Shown: piece after piece, positions 46,215 through 56,166 of the stretch
Layout of the letters: each line of letters opens with the position of its first letter
Position numbering within the stretch: position 1 is the first letter of the stretch
NCBI GenBank assembly: GCA_964404855.1
Contig: CAYOLO010000001.1
Coordinates: forward strand, 530,736 to 594,735
DNA from: an uncultured Gammaproteobacteria bacterium
GTDB taxonomy: Bacteria; Patescibacteriota; Microgenomatia; CAYQLK01
Reading direction: 5' to 3'
DNA length: 64,000 bases
Program-made: the position numbers and the translations under genes
The notes under the pieces: generated by a model
Databases searched by the model: none
Told to the model about the DNA's origin: nothing
Seen by the model: the letters and a program-made list of their open reading frames with translations, nothing else

Positions 46215-46577
46215 ATGAAAGCTTTTTGGTTGGTTTTTGCGATTACAATTACTTTTTTTGTTCTTGGTTGTTCTAAAGCTGGTTCGAACGCAGAAACTAA
46301 TAAGTTTGAGAGTGTTGTTTTAACTGTGGAAGAGGTTGCAAAACACGCATCAGAGGAAGATTGCTGGATATTAATTAGAAATAAGGTTTATGGTGTTACA
46401 GATTTTATTAATGAACACCCAGGTGGTAGTTTTAGAATAATCCCAAGCTGCGGTAAGGACGCAACCGAAGGGTTTGAGACACAGGGCGGTCGAGGATCTC
46501 ACAGTCAAGATGCATATCAATTATTGCCGGAATTTTTGCTAGGTGAAATAGGGGCAACAATTGAAATGAAAAGATAA
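46215..46577 (+). CDS. Cytochrome b5-like heme-binding lipoprotein
   Basis: Lipobox VLGC; EVAKH...DCW....KVY.VT.F...HPGG...CGKDAT.F...HS. Confidence 0.88.
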   Translation: MKAFWLVFAITITFFVLGCSKAGSNAETNKFESVVLTVEEVAKHASEEDCWILIRNKVYGVTDFINEHPGGSFRIIPSCGKDATEGFETQGGRGSHSQDAYQLLPEFLLGEIGATIEMKR

Positions 46578-48224
46578 ATGCAAGAACAACTGCCCAATCA
46601 ACAAATTTCTTTTTGGAACAAACATTTATCTAAGTTTATATTCGTAGGCATTTTTATTGTTGCTAGTGTTATGCGTTTTATTGGACTTTCTGATGGTAAG
46701 AGCTTTGATATTAATAGAGCGGTAATAAAGGAAATTGTTCAAGTTCAACAGATAAACGGTGCGGTAGCTTATCAAAATTGGCCAATGTTGCGCCTAGAGG
46801 GTGCAAGATTTGTGCTGCCCAAGGGATTTGTACACAAAAACAGTGACCCATTTTTTGAGAGCATCTTACCGTCATTTTTGGTTTATCCGATATATTTTCT
46901 TCTAAGTTTTGATCTGGAAAAAATTATATTTGTATACTCAATTGTTGGGGGACTATCTGCTGCAATGGTCTTTTTGGCTGCTCAATTATTTTTAAGCAGA
47001 TTTAAATCACTTTTTGCGGGTATTTTTTACTCGTTTGGCTTTTGGCCGATATTTGAGTCGCATTTGTTACTCAATTTATCTTTTTCCCCGCTTCTAGGCA
47101 TTTTAATTTTTTATTTCACAATAAAAATTATTAAATACGGAAATGGCTTAAAAAATTGGATTTTTCTGACATTATTTTTATCACTCTCGATTCAGTTTCA
47201 GGCGATAAATATTTTATATGTACTCGCAACTTTGATTGCGTTCTTTTTGTTTCGCAAACCAGATACTTTTTTATCTTGGAAAAAAAACTTGTTCGTATTA
47301 ATTATTTTTGTTTTGTGCACACTGCCATTTATTATGGCCGAGGTTTTAGGCGGTTTTGAGCAGACACAAGCATGGCTTAGCTATTTACCTAGATTGTTGT
47401 TAATTAATATTGTCGATATTTATAAAGATGTTTTTGTATCTATTGGTCAAGTAGTATCGGTTTTTGTACTGCCGACTGTAATTGTTGAACCTTTTTATAA
47501 ATGGTTAATTGGGTTGATTTTTGTTTTGGTGTTATTTTTGAGGTTGCGATTTTTAAACCGAAATTCACAAAAACATGTTGTTGAATATTATCTATTAATT
47601 TTGCTCAGTGTATGCAGCATTATGATTTATTTTAACTATTTGGCATATTTTAAAAATTCTACCTATGATTTTACTTTGGTAAAAAGTTTAGGCTTCTTTT
47701 GGCCGATTTTGACAATCTTTTTAACGTATTCAGTTACAAAATCATACAGAGATAAATATTTCCCAATTACGGTGATTGTTGGTTTTTTCGTTTTAATGAA
47801 TTTGTTTGTTTGGGCTAAAAATTTGGACTCAAACAAATTAATAAACACTAGTTACAAATTAAAGACTCAGATTATTGACTTGGTAGCGTTAAATTCTGAC
47901 AATCATAAGTCAGAAATACTTTTGGAGCTAGAGAATTTTGATCAGTCTATCTTTGTATTTTTGATGAACCAACGGAATCATTTTATTTTAGATAAGATAA
48001 ACGGAACCGAAATTTCAACAGTAGATATTAAGTGGTTGGGTAATAATGTGTTGTTTGTTTCATTCATTGGTAGGGATGTAGTTTTTGTGGGCACGCGTCC
48101 GAATACTCCACGAGATAATTCTACTAGCAAGAAATATTTTGTAATTTCAGATCGAAATAATAGTGATCAAATTGGTGAAGAAGTAGGTAGGATTCAAAAC
48201 TTCAGACTGTATCAGCTCAAATAG
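46578..48224 (+). CDS. ArnT/PMT-like (GT-C) multi-pass membrane protein
   Basis: About 12 TM segments, MRF near the N-terminus, soluble C-terminal domain; glycan-locus context. Confidence 0.55.
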   Translation: MQEQLPNQQISFWNKHLSKFIFVGIFIVASVMRFIGLSDGKSFDINRAVIKEIVQVQQINGAVAYQNWPMLRLEGARFVLPKGFVHKNSDPFFESILPSFLVYPIYFLLSFDLEKIIFVYSIVGGLSAAMVFLAAQLFLSRFKSLFAGIFYSFGFWPIFESHLLLNLSFSPLLGILIFYFTIKIIKYGNGLKNWIFLTLFLSLSIQFQAINILYVLATLIAFFLFRKPDTFLSWKKNLFVLIIFVLCTLPFIMAEVLGGFEQTQAWLSYLPRLLLINIVDIYKDVFVSIGQVVSVFVLPTVIVEPFYKWLIGLIFVLVLFLRLRFLNRNSQKHVVEYYLLILLSVCSIMIYFNYLAYFKNSTYDFTLVKSLGFFWPILTIFLTYSVTKSYRDKYFPITVIVGFFVLMNLFVWAKNLDSNKLINTSYKLKTQIIDLVALNSDNHKSEILLELENFDQSIFVFLMNQRNHFILDKINGTEISTVDIKWLGNNVLFVSFIGRDVVFVGTRPNTPRDNSTSKKYFVISDRNNSDQIGEEVGRIQNFRLYQLK

Positions 48225-48234
48225 CTTAATTGTG

Positions 48235-48308
48235 TGCGCCCGGCAGGATTCGAACCTGCGACCCTTCGGTTCGAAGCCGAATACTCTAATCCACTGAGCT
48301 ACGGGCGC
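48235..48308 (-). tRNA. tRNA-Arg (TCG)
   Basis: Reverse complement GCGCCCG...TTCGG-CTTCGAA-CCGAA...GGTTCGAATCC...CGGGCGC-A. Confidence 0.95.
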
Positions 48309-48528
48309 ATAAATTACTGAATACAAAGATGAATTATACCCTATATTATTATCATTGATAATTACTACTTTTGATAACCCCATAATATTTTTTAAGCAAT
48401 TGTGCACATTTTTACTCAATATGTTGAATTGAGATTAGTTTAATGCTATAATCCCGCATCCAATATTGTGCTGTAGTAGCAGTACATTTTTTTGTGAATT
48501 AATAGTTTATTAAATGTAACTTATAGTA

Positions 48529-51500
48529 ATGAAATATTTAAACAAAATTACCTCTAGAACAAAGAGGATTTTTGTAAACCCTACAATTGAACACATAAAT
48601 CCCTTGAAAAAGGGCTCTATGATCGGTGCAGGTGTAAAAAAGCTCGATAAAGAGTTTATTACCCATACAACACTAATTCACCACAAATCAGCCGTGCACA
48701 CATTCATTTTGTGGCAAAAACTGTTTTTAATGGGGTTAATAGGGATATTTTTAATTGGATTAGCTTTAAATTGGCTGCTTACGTTACAAATATTTGTTGC
48801 ATTTTTAACAGTTATTTATTTTATCGATGTGCTTTTTAATTTGTTTTTAGTCGTAAAAAGCCTACATTTACCACCTGAGCTTGATTTTGATGATAAGGAA
48901 TTAGCCAAAATTAAAGAAAAAGATCTCCCGATTTATACAATCCTCTGCCCAATGTACAAAGAGGCACAAATCATCCCCTCGTTTCTTGAAGCAATTTCAA
49001 AACTTGATTGGCCGAAAAATAAGCTTGATGTACAACTTCTGCTTGAAGAAGATGATTTAGATAGTATTCATACGGCAAAAAATTGGGGTCTACCTAGTTA
49101 TGTCAGAGCGATTATTGTTCCTCATTCACAACCAAAAACCAAACCAAAGGCTTGTAATTACGGATTAAATATCGCTAAGGGTGAATACTTAGTTATTTAT
49201 GATGCTGAGGATATTCCGGACCCAAAACAGCTCAAAAAGGCATATTTAGCCTTTCAGACTGTTGATAAAAATGTCGTTTGTTTGCAGGCTAAGCTTAATT
49301 ATTTCAATCCACACCAAAACTTTATTACTCGATTATTTACTGCTGAGTACTCTCTTTGGTTCGATGTTGTGTTGCCTGGCTTGCAAGGAATTAATACTAA
49401 TATTCCTCTTGGAGGCACAAGTAATCATTTTAGAATCGATGACCTTAAGACTTTAGAAGGTTGGGATCCTTTTAACGTGACCGAAGATTGTGATTTGGGG
49501 GTTAGGCTATTTATGGAGGGCAAAAAAACCGCGGTAATCAACTCAACGACTCTTGAGGAAGCAAATAGTAAGTTTAAAAATTGGCTAAGACAAAGATCAC
49601 GATGGATTAAGGGATATATGCAGACTTATCTGGTCCATATGCGTGATCCCTATCAATTAGTAAAGAAACAAGGAATTCATGCGCTTTTCTTCAATTTAAT
49701 TGTCGGTGGAAAAATCGCGTTTATGTTTATTAATCCGTTTTTGTGGTTAGCCACAATTGGATATTTTGTTTTACATGCGCAACTCGGGGCAATTATCGAA
49801 TCTCTCTACCCTTCTTATATTTTTTATATGGCTTTGTTCAGCTTGGTTTTTGGAAATTTTTTGTACATGTTTTATTACATGATTGGATGTGCCAAGAGAG
49901 GCCACTGGTCGGTTATTAAGTATGTGTACCTTATTCCCTTTTATTGGATTATGACTTCAATTGCGGCAACTATTGCTCTACAGCAGTTGTTTTTCAAGCC
50001 TCATTATTGGGAAAAAACCGTTCATGGATTGCATCTAAGTAACCAAAAAGAGAAAGAACTGGCGGTTGATATGCCGGTATTTATTGATCAAGTAATAGAT
50101 AAAGAAAGAGCGGAAGGCTTCCCTGTTCGAATTATAGGAATCATTGTTTCGATTATCGGTCAACGAAAAGTGATTTTAAGTGGTGGAATGTTGGTTCTTG
50201 CTGGTATTTTTTCAAACTTTGTTAATTTTTTCTTCAACGCCTATCTTGGTAGAAGTTTGAGTTTTGAAGAGTTTGGAGTTTTAAGTTTATTAGGTAGTAT
50301 TTTGTTTATTTCTTCAATACCAATAAATGCTTTAGGATCAACAATTGCACACAAGACAGCGTTTCTTTTTGGAAAACATTCAAAATCATTTGCGCGCTCT
50401 AATTTGGCTTATTATCTAAGATTTTCTATTACATCAGCAATATTAACAACAATTATTTGGATTTTGCTTATTCCCTCGTTGACATCCTACTTTCAACTAG
50501 GGTCATCTATGGCGCTTATTTTATTCACTCCAGTGTGGTCAATTGGACTATTTGGTAGTACTGTGGGTGGTTTTATTGATGGAACCTTGTCTTTCGGTGT
50601 AGCAGCTATAGCATTGGCAGTTGAGGCGGTAACTAAACTTGGATTAGCGATTTTATTTGTTTGGATGGGATTATCTGATTATGTGTTTTTGGCAATTATT
50701 ATTGGATTATTTGTTCATTTGATTATAAATTTAATCTTTGTTCTAAAAGATAAAACGCTTTCAGATGAGCATATCTCAGGTCATTTTGAATTTAAATTTT
50801 ATTTGGCCTCATTTATTAGTGGTTTATCTAAACTAAGTTTTTTAAGTTTGGATGTTATTTTGGCGAAACATTATTTATCACCAGTTGAATCTGGTCAGTA
50901 CGCTCTTCTTAGTTTGACTGGTAAAATTGTATTTTTTGCTGGAACACTTTTTGCTCCTTTTATGCTTCCAATTGTTTCCAAAAAGTTGGGCGCGAACCAG
51001 TCAAGTGTAAAGGTATTTAAATATATTTTTATTTTAACCTTAGTTCCAGTATTACTTGCTTATATTGGACTGGGAGTATTTAGTCAAATCACCATTCCAT
51101 TATTATTTGGTGAGAAAGCTAAAGTTATTATTCCATTCGCCTCAATTTATTTATTTTCAATCGTACTATTTTCTTGTCTTAATCCAGTAATCAGTTACTT
51201 CCAGGCCAAAAGAGATTACATTTTTATTTATCAAGGCATGTTTACCAGCATAATTTTATATATCTTAATTCATTTTTTTCACAGAAGCCTTTCGGAGTTT
51301 GTGTCAATTATTTTTATAGCATCGTCGTTGAATACCATGTTTGCCATTTTGCTTTATATCTTTAATTCACAGGTTAAGTCATTAATTAGTAATTTTAGAG
51401 ATTTAATCGATTTGGCGTTTTCACGGTTTACGAGACAACGAACAAAAGAAAAAGATAAATTACAAATCCTAATTTTTAATTGGAGAGATACAAAACATGT

Positions 51501-52626
51501 TTGGGGTGGTGGAGCAGAGATTTATATACATGAAATTGCTAAAAATTGGGTGCAGAATGGACACCGTGTTACGGTCTTTTGTGGAAATGACAACAAATGT
51601 GACAGAAATGAAGTTATAGATGGTGTTCAGATAGTTCGTCGTGGGGGTTTTTTTACTGTTTATTTATGGGCATTCTTGTATTATGTGCTTAGGTTTCGTG
51701 GCTTGTTCGACGTGGTTATTGATTGTGAGAATGGTATCCCCTTTTTTACACCATTATATGTACGCAAACCAAAGTATTTATTAATTCACCATATTCATCA
51801 GGAGGTTTTTAGACAGCACCTCCGCTGGCCATTTAACTTTTTAGCGATGTTTTTAGAAGCTAGATTAATGCCTGTTGTATATTTTAATCAAAGAGTTATT
51901 ACAGTGTCAGAATCTTCAAAAATTGAAATATTAAAGTTAAAAATTGCAAAGTTTAAATCGATTGATGTTGTTAATCCTGGTGTGAATAATAGTGATTTTA
52001 AAACTAAGGACAAATTTCTAAACCCGACGATTATATATGTTGGAAGATTAAAGCCATACAAAAACATTGATATTGCAATTAATGCTGTTTCGTTGCTAGT
52101 TAAAAAAAATCCAACATTAAAATTTTTAATTGTTGGTAGCGGAGAACATGACATTTATTTAAAAAATATCGTAAAACAAAAAAATCTCACTAGTATTATT
52201 GAGTTTACTGGTTTTGTAGGTGAAGAGAAAAAGAATGAATTATTGGCAAAATCTTGGTTGATGATTCAACCATCGATGATGGAGGGTTGGGGAATAAGTG
52301 TGATTGAAGCCAATGCTGCAGGCACGCCAGTTGTTGCCTCTAATGTTAACGGCTTAAAAGACTCTGTTGTAGATTCAAAAACTGGAATTCTTGTTACTGT
52401 AAAAGACGCTAAAGCTTTGGCTAGTGCAATTGAAAAAGTTATACTTTCAGCTTCACTAAGATCTAGACTGTCAAGAAATGCGTTAGCTTGGGCAAAATTA
52501 TTCGAATGGGATATTAAGTCTAGTCAATTGATTAATATAATTTATAGTAATTTGTTTCTAGATTTACAGAAATCAAAGAGCAAAAAAGTAGCAAAAGAAA
52601 TTTTAAGCTCAGCGACAAATGAATAA
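48529..52626 (+). CDS. Fusion: membrane GT2 synthase-like domain + Wzx/MOP flippase + GT4
   Basis: PMYKE, TKPKACN, YDAED, VTEDCD, QRSRW; a ~12-TM MOP-like middle (YLGRSLSFEEFG, LDVILAKHYL); GGAE, YVGRLKPYK, EGWGISVIEA. Confidence 0.88.
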   Translation: MKYLNKITSRTKRIFVNPTIEHINPLKKGSMIGAGVKKLDKEFITHTTLIHHKSAVHTFILWQKLFLMGLIGIFLIGLALNWLLTLQIFVAFLTVIYFIDVLFNLFLVVKSLHLPPELDFDDKELAKIKEKDLPIYTILCPMYKEAQIIPSFLEAISKLDWPKNKLDVQLLLEEDDLDSIHTAKNWGLPSYVRAIIVPHSQPKTKPKACNYGLNIAKGEYLVIYDAEDIPDPKQLKKAYLAFQTVDKNVVCLQAKLNYFNPHQNFITRLFTAEYSLWFDVVLPGLQGINTNIPLGGTSNHFRIDDLKTLEGWDPFNVTEDCDLGVRLFMEGKKTAVINSTTLEEANSKFKNWLRQRSRWIKGYMQTYLVHMRDPYQLVKKQGIHALFFNLIVGGKIAFMFINPFLWLATIGYFVLHAQLGAIIESLYPSYIFYMALFSLVFGNFLYMFYYMIGCAKRGHWSVIKYVYLIPFYWIMTSIAATIALQQLFFKPHYWEKTVHGLHLSNQKEKELAVDMPVFIDQVIDKERAEGFPVRIIGIIVSIIGQRKVILSGGMLVLAGIFSNFVNFFFNAYLGRSLSFEEFGVLSLLGSILFISSIPINALGSTIAHKTAFLFGKHSKSFARSNLAYYLRFSITSAILTTIIWILLIPSLTSYFQLGSSMALILFTPVWSIGLFGSTVGGFIDGTLSFGVAAIALAVEAVTKLGLAILFVWMGLSDYVFLAIIIGLFVHLIINLIFVLKDKTLSDEHISGHFEFKFYLASFISGLSKLSFLSLDVILAKHYLSPVESGQYALLSLTGKIVFFAGTLFAPFMLPIVSKKLGANQSSVKVFKYIFILTLVPVLLAYIGLGVFSQITIPLLFGEKAKVIIPFASIYLFSIVLFSCLNPVISYFQAKRDYIFIYQGMFTSIILYILIHFFHRSLSEFVSIIFIASSLNTMFAILLYIFNSQVKSLISNFRDLIDLAFSRFTRQRTKEKDKLQILIFNWRDTKHVWGGGAEIYIHEIAKNWVQNGHRVTVFCGNDNKCDRNEVIDGVQIVRRGGFFTVYLWAFLYYVLRFRGLFDVVIDCENGIPFFTPLYVRKPKYLLIHHIHQEVFRQHLRWPFNFLAMFLEARLMPVVYFNQRVITVSESSKIEILKLKIAKFKSIDVVNPGVNNSDFKTKDKFLNPTIIYVGRLKPYKNIDIAINAVSLLVKKNPTLKFLIVGSGEHDIYLKNIVKQKNLTSIIEFTGFVGEEKKNELLAKSWLMIQPSMMEGWGISVIEANAAGTPVVASNVNGLKDSVVDSKTGILVTVKDAKALASAIEKVILSASLRSRLSRNALAWAKLFEWDIKSSQLINIIYSNLFLDLQKSKSKKVAKEILSSATNE

Positions 52627-53518
52627 TTTAAATTTTGTAATTCCATCAACTATTTTCAGAATGTATTACGCATTTATTTTGTTTATTAAGGAATTTACTC
52701 GATCTAAGCCTGTCCTTTTTGATGAAATATCAAATTATAAACTTATTAAGCCTTTAAAACCCTTAAATTCTTTCGACGTATATTCAACTGGATTATATAA
52801 AAAAAATAATAAAAAATTTGTATTAAAAACTTGGAATGGATTATTAAAAGATTCAGCATATTTTAATTTAATAAATGAGTACAAAACACTCGAGCTTTTA
52901 AACGTTTATCTAACTAAATTTAATTTAGGATTCAAAAGTCCAAAAGCAATCGAGATTATATTTGATAAAAACAGTGTTTCGATTGTTATGGAATATATTC
53001 AGGGCATGAATATTAAAAAAGAAAAAATAAATAATAAAATCATTTATTTAAAAAAAATTGAAGATGGATTAAGTCTGTTAAATATCAAAATGAAAAAAAC
53101 AGACACTAGTTTCCTTCCAATTAGAACTCCGTTCTATTTTAGATTATACATAGTTATTTATGGCTTCATTGCATTAGTTTTTAATATAAATAAGACCGTA
53201 GGAATTGTGAAGGTTATGAAATTAGCGTTTTTAAACGTTAATTTATCATCTAAATATTATTTTACTCACGGTGATCTATCGGACGAAAATATAATTAAAA
53301 ACTCTAATGGGCTTTGGTTAATCGATTTTGCTAATTCTGTCATTACAATGCAAGGATTTGACAAGGGGGTAATGTTAACGGGAGCATTCGGCGATGACTC
53401 CATTTGCTTAGTTAAGAGCCAAATAAACCCACTTTTATATGTATTTTTTGTGTTACAAGGATTATTCCCATCAGGAAAATTTTCAAATAATAAAAAATAT
53501 AGTTTAAGCTGCATTTAA
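52619..53518 (+). CDS. APH/protein-kinase-like phosphotransferase
   Basis: VLK, E, IVMEYI, HGDLSDENI, LIDF. Confidence 0.7.
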   Translation: MNNLNFVIPSTIFRMYYAFILFIKEFTRSKPVLFDEISNYKLIKPLKPLNSFDVYSTGLYKKNNKKFVLKTWNGLLKDSAYFNLINEYKTLELLNVYLTKFNLGFKSPKAIEIIFDKNSVSIVMEYIQGMNIKKEKINNKIIYLKKIEDGLSLLNIKMKKTDTSFLPIRTPFYFRLYIVIYGFIALVFNINKTVGIVKVMKLAFLNVNLSSKYYFTHGDLSDENIIKNSNGLWLIDFANSVITMQGFDKGVMLTGAFGDDSICLVKSQINPLLYVFFVLQGLFPSGKFSNNKKYSLSCI

Positions 53519-53519
53519 T

Positions 53520-54323
53520 ATGAACTTTTTTAAAGTTAAACAAATTATTTCAATAAGTACACATAGCATATTATTGCCAAAATTATTAGATAAGAATGTT
53601 TTAAGCGTATTGTGTTACCACAGTTTTTCGTTTGACCAAAATCGGTATGCTGTTAATCTTGAAACATTTAAAAGACAGATTAGTGTGATAAAAAAACATT
53701 CGAGAATTATTTCAATCGATGAAGGATACTCAGAAATAAATAATTCAAAGATAAAAAAGCCTGCAGTTGTAGTTACTGTAGACGATGGCTATAAAGATGT
53801 ATTAATGATGGTTGATTTTATGACGAAAAACTCTTTACCAATAACTCTTTTTGTTATTTCTGATCGTAAGAATGCAAATCGAATTGAGTTAGATAACCAA
53901 TTGGAATTATTAACAAATACTGACTTAAAAAAACTTGTGAAGAATCCCCTCGTTACGATTGGATCTCATTCTGTGACTCACTCTAATTTTCTTTCCATTT
54001 CAAAAAAACAATTAGAATTTGAAATTTTTCAATCTAAGAGATCACTTGAGGAACTCTTAGGGGTAAACATAAAATATTTCGCATATCCTAAAGGATTGTT
54101 TAACTCTAGTATCGTTAAAATTGTAAAGAGGGCTGGATATATTGGCGCCTTTACCATTGAAGCGGGATGTATCAGCAAGAATACAGATAAATTTCTAATT
54201 CCTCGGACAATTATTGAAAAGCATCATAATGTATCCGAATTTCCTTCTGTTTATTGTTTGCCAAATTTTTGGCTTAGAAAGGCAACAAATCGATTCAACC
54301 TTTGGGGTAGGCTTCTTAATTAA
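53520..54323 (+). CDS. Polysaccharide deacetylase (CE4, IcaB/PgaB-like)
   Basis: VLCYH, TVDDGY, GSHSVTH, FAYPKG. Confidence 0.88.
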   Translation: MNFFKVKQIISISTHSILLPKLLDKNVLSVLCYHSFSFDQNRYAVNLETFKRQISVIKKHSRIISIDEGYSEINNSKIKKPAVVVTVDDGYKDVLMMVDFMTKNSLPITLFVISDRKNANRIELDNQLELLTNTDLKKLVKNPLVTIGSHSVTHSNFLSISKKQLEFEIFQSKRSLEELLGVNIKYFAYPKGLFNSSIVKIVKRAGYIGAFTIEAGCISKNTDKFLIPRTIIEKHHNVSEFPSVYCLPNFWLRKATNRFNLWGRLLN

Positions 54324-54324
54324 T

Positions 54325-55245
54325 ATGAATTTTAATAATACATATTCTGTTGCTATTCCTGCTCATAATGAAGAGCAAAATATTGCTTTTCTTTTGAAGC
54401 AGGTATTTGCACAAAAAACGGAAAAATTTGAACTAGAAAAAGTCGTTGTCTATTGTGATGGCTGTACGGATAAAACCGTGGAAATTGTAAATTCTCTGTG
54501 TAGTAAATATCCTAAGCTTGTTTGTTTGACCGATATAAAAAGATTAGGAAAGAGTCAAAGGTTAAATATGGCATATAGCGATAATTGTAGTGATTTTTTA
54601 ATTACTTTAGATGCTGACCAGGCTATAGTAGGCATCGATGTATTTACTTGTTTATTAACTAATTTTTCAAATAAGTCTGTTCAACTTGTTTCGGGTAATT
54701 CTTACCCTCTGGAATCAAAAACCTATTTTGGAAAAGTTGTGAGAGCAAAGGAATTAATTTGGTTAAACGCAAGAGAGAATTATAGGAATGGAAACAATAT
54801 CTATAATATTTCTGGATCGATTGTCGTTCTCCGAAAGGGTTTTGCAAAAAAAATAAAATTTCCAAGAAATTTAGTTTCGGATCAACAGTATCTTTTTCTT
54901 AGTTCGAGAAAAATTAACAATGAAGCCTTTGTATTTGAGAAGAATGCAAAGTCTATGTACTACCTGCCGGATAATTTTTTAGATTATATTCAATTCGTTT
55001 CAAGACTAAAAAATGAAAATGATTTGATAAATAAATGTTTTTTGAATATTGAACATGAATATTATATATCTATTAGTTCCAAGATTTTAGGTACGACAAG
55101 ACAGTTTATGCAGGACCCATTATCTACCTTGTTTGCTTTAATTCTGATGTTGATTACCAATAATGTTAATTTGAAGAAATCTAAGCTTAATTCGGCAGTT
55201 TGGGAGCCAGTTATTTCTACCAAAAATATTTATAAGATCAAATAA
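54325..55245 (+). CDS. GT2 glycosyltransferase
   Basis: IPAHNEE, CDGCTD, RLGK, LDAD. Start reassigned to ATG 54325. Confidence 0.85.
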   Translation: MNFNNTYSVAIPAHNEEQNIAFLLKQVFAQKTEKFELEKVVVYCDGCTDKTVEIVNSLCSKYPKLVCLTDIKRLGKSQRLNMAYSDNCSDFLITLDADQAIVGIDVFTCLLTNFSNKSVQLVSGNSYPLESKTYFGKVVRAKELIWLNARENYRNGNNIYNISGSIVVLRKGFAKKIKFPRNLVSDQQYLFLSSRKINNEAFVFEKNAKSMYYLPDNFLDYIQFVSRLKNENDLINKCFLNIEHEYYISISSKILGTTRQFMQDPLSTLFALILMLITNNVNLKKSKLNSAVWEPVISTKNIYKIK

Positions 55246-55247
55246 AA

Positions 55248-56165
55248 ATGAAAAAACAAAAACCAACCCTGTCCATTTATTTACCTGCTCACAACGAAGA
55301 GAAGGGAATCGCTCGGACCTTGATGACAATTTTGAATCAGAAGCGGTCGAATTTTACTCTTCAGACTGTTACGGTCCTTTGCGATGGGTGTACAGATTCT
55401 ACAGAGGAAATTGTTAAAAAAATTGGTAAAAAGCATCCTGTAGTTAAGGTAATAAATGATGGCAGAAGACTTGGCAAAGCAGGTAGAATTAGCCATTCTC
55501 ACGCGTTAGCAACAAGTGATATTTTGATAAATATCGACTCAGATTGTTTGCTACCTGACAAGCAATGTCTTGTAGAAGTTGTCAAAAAATTTGATAATCC
55601 TAGAGTTGGATTAGTTGGTGCACATGATTTACCTCTCCCAGCAAGAGGGTTTTTTGAGCATATTGCTGTTTATAATATTAATATCTGGCATCAAATCCGA
55701 AAAAATGTAAATGGTGGAAAAACGTTGCACAATCATCACGGATGCATAACAGCTAAAAGTAAAGCTGTTTACAAAAACGTCATAATTCCCACAAATATTA
55801 TTGCAGACGATGATTTTGTTTTTTTCAGGACACTTGAATTGGGATTTGAATTTGATTATGCTCCCAAAGCGCGAATGTATTATCGTGCACCAACAAATTA
55901 TTCTGACTATATGAAACAACAGGTAAGATTTATTAATCTTAAGAATGAAATCTTTATAACTTTTGGAGAATGGACAAAAGATTATTACCCCATTCCTATG
56001 AATTATAAAATAAAGGGCATACTAGTTTCACTATTAAAAGACCCAATTCTTTTTTCTTTCGCAATATTACTAAATGTATTAATTAGAATGCGAGCAGATT
56101 TAGAAACAATTGACGCTCAAAGTGATGGTACTTGGGAGACGATAAATTCTTCAAAAGATTTGTAA
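55248..56165 (+). CDS. GT2 glycosyltransferase
   Basis: LPAHNEE, CDGCTD, RLGK, IDSD, ADDD, QQVRF. Confidence 0.85.
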   Translation: MKKQKPTLSIYLPAHNEEKGIARTLMTILNQKRSNFTLQTVTVLCDGCTDSTEEIVKKIGKKHPVVKVINDGRRLGKAGRISHSHALATSDILINIDSDCLLPDKQCLVEVVKKFDNPRVGLVGAHDLPLPARGFFEHIAVYNINIWHQIRKNVNGGKTLHNHHGCITAKSKAVYKNVIIPTNIIADDDFVFFRTLELGFEFDYAPKARMYYRAPTNYSDYMKQQVRFINLKNEIFITFGEWTKDYYPIPMNYKIKGILVSLLKDPILFSFAILLNVLIRMRADLETIDAQSDGTWETINSSKDL

Positions 56166-56166
56166 T

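Noticed and set aside
48147-48419. 90-aa minus-strand ORF
   Set aside because: It translates straight through tRNA-Arg.
41400-48500. Prophage or integrative island at tRNA-Pro/Leu/Gly/Arg
   Set aside because: No integrase, phage genes or duplicated tRNA ends were noticed by eye around these tRNAs.
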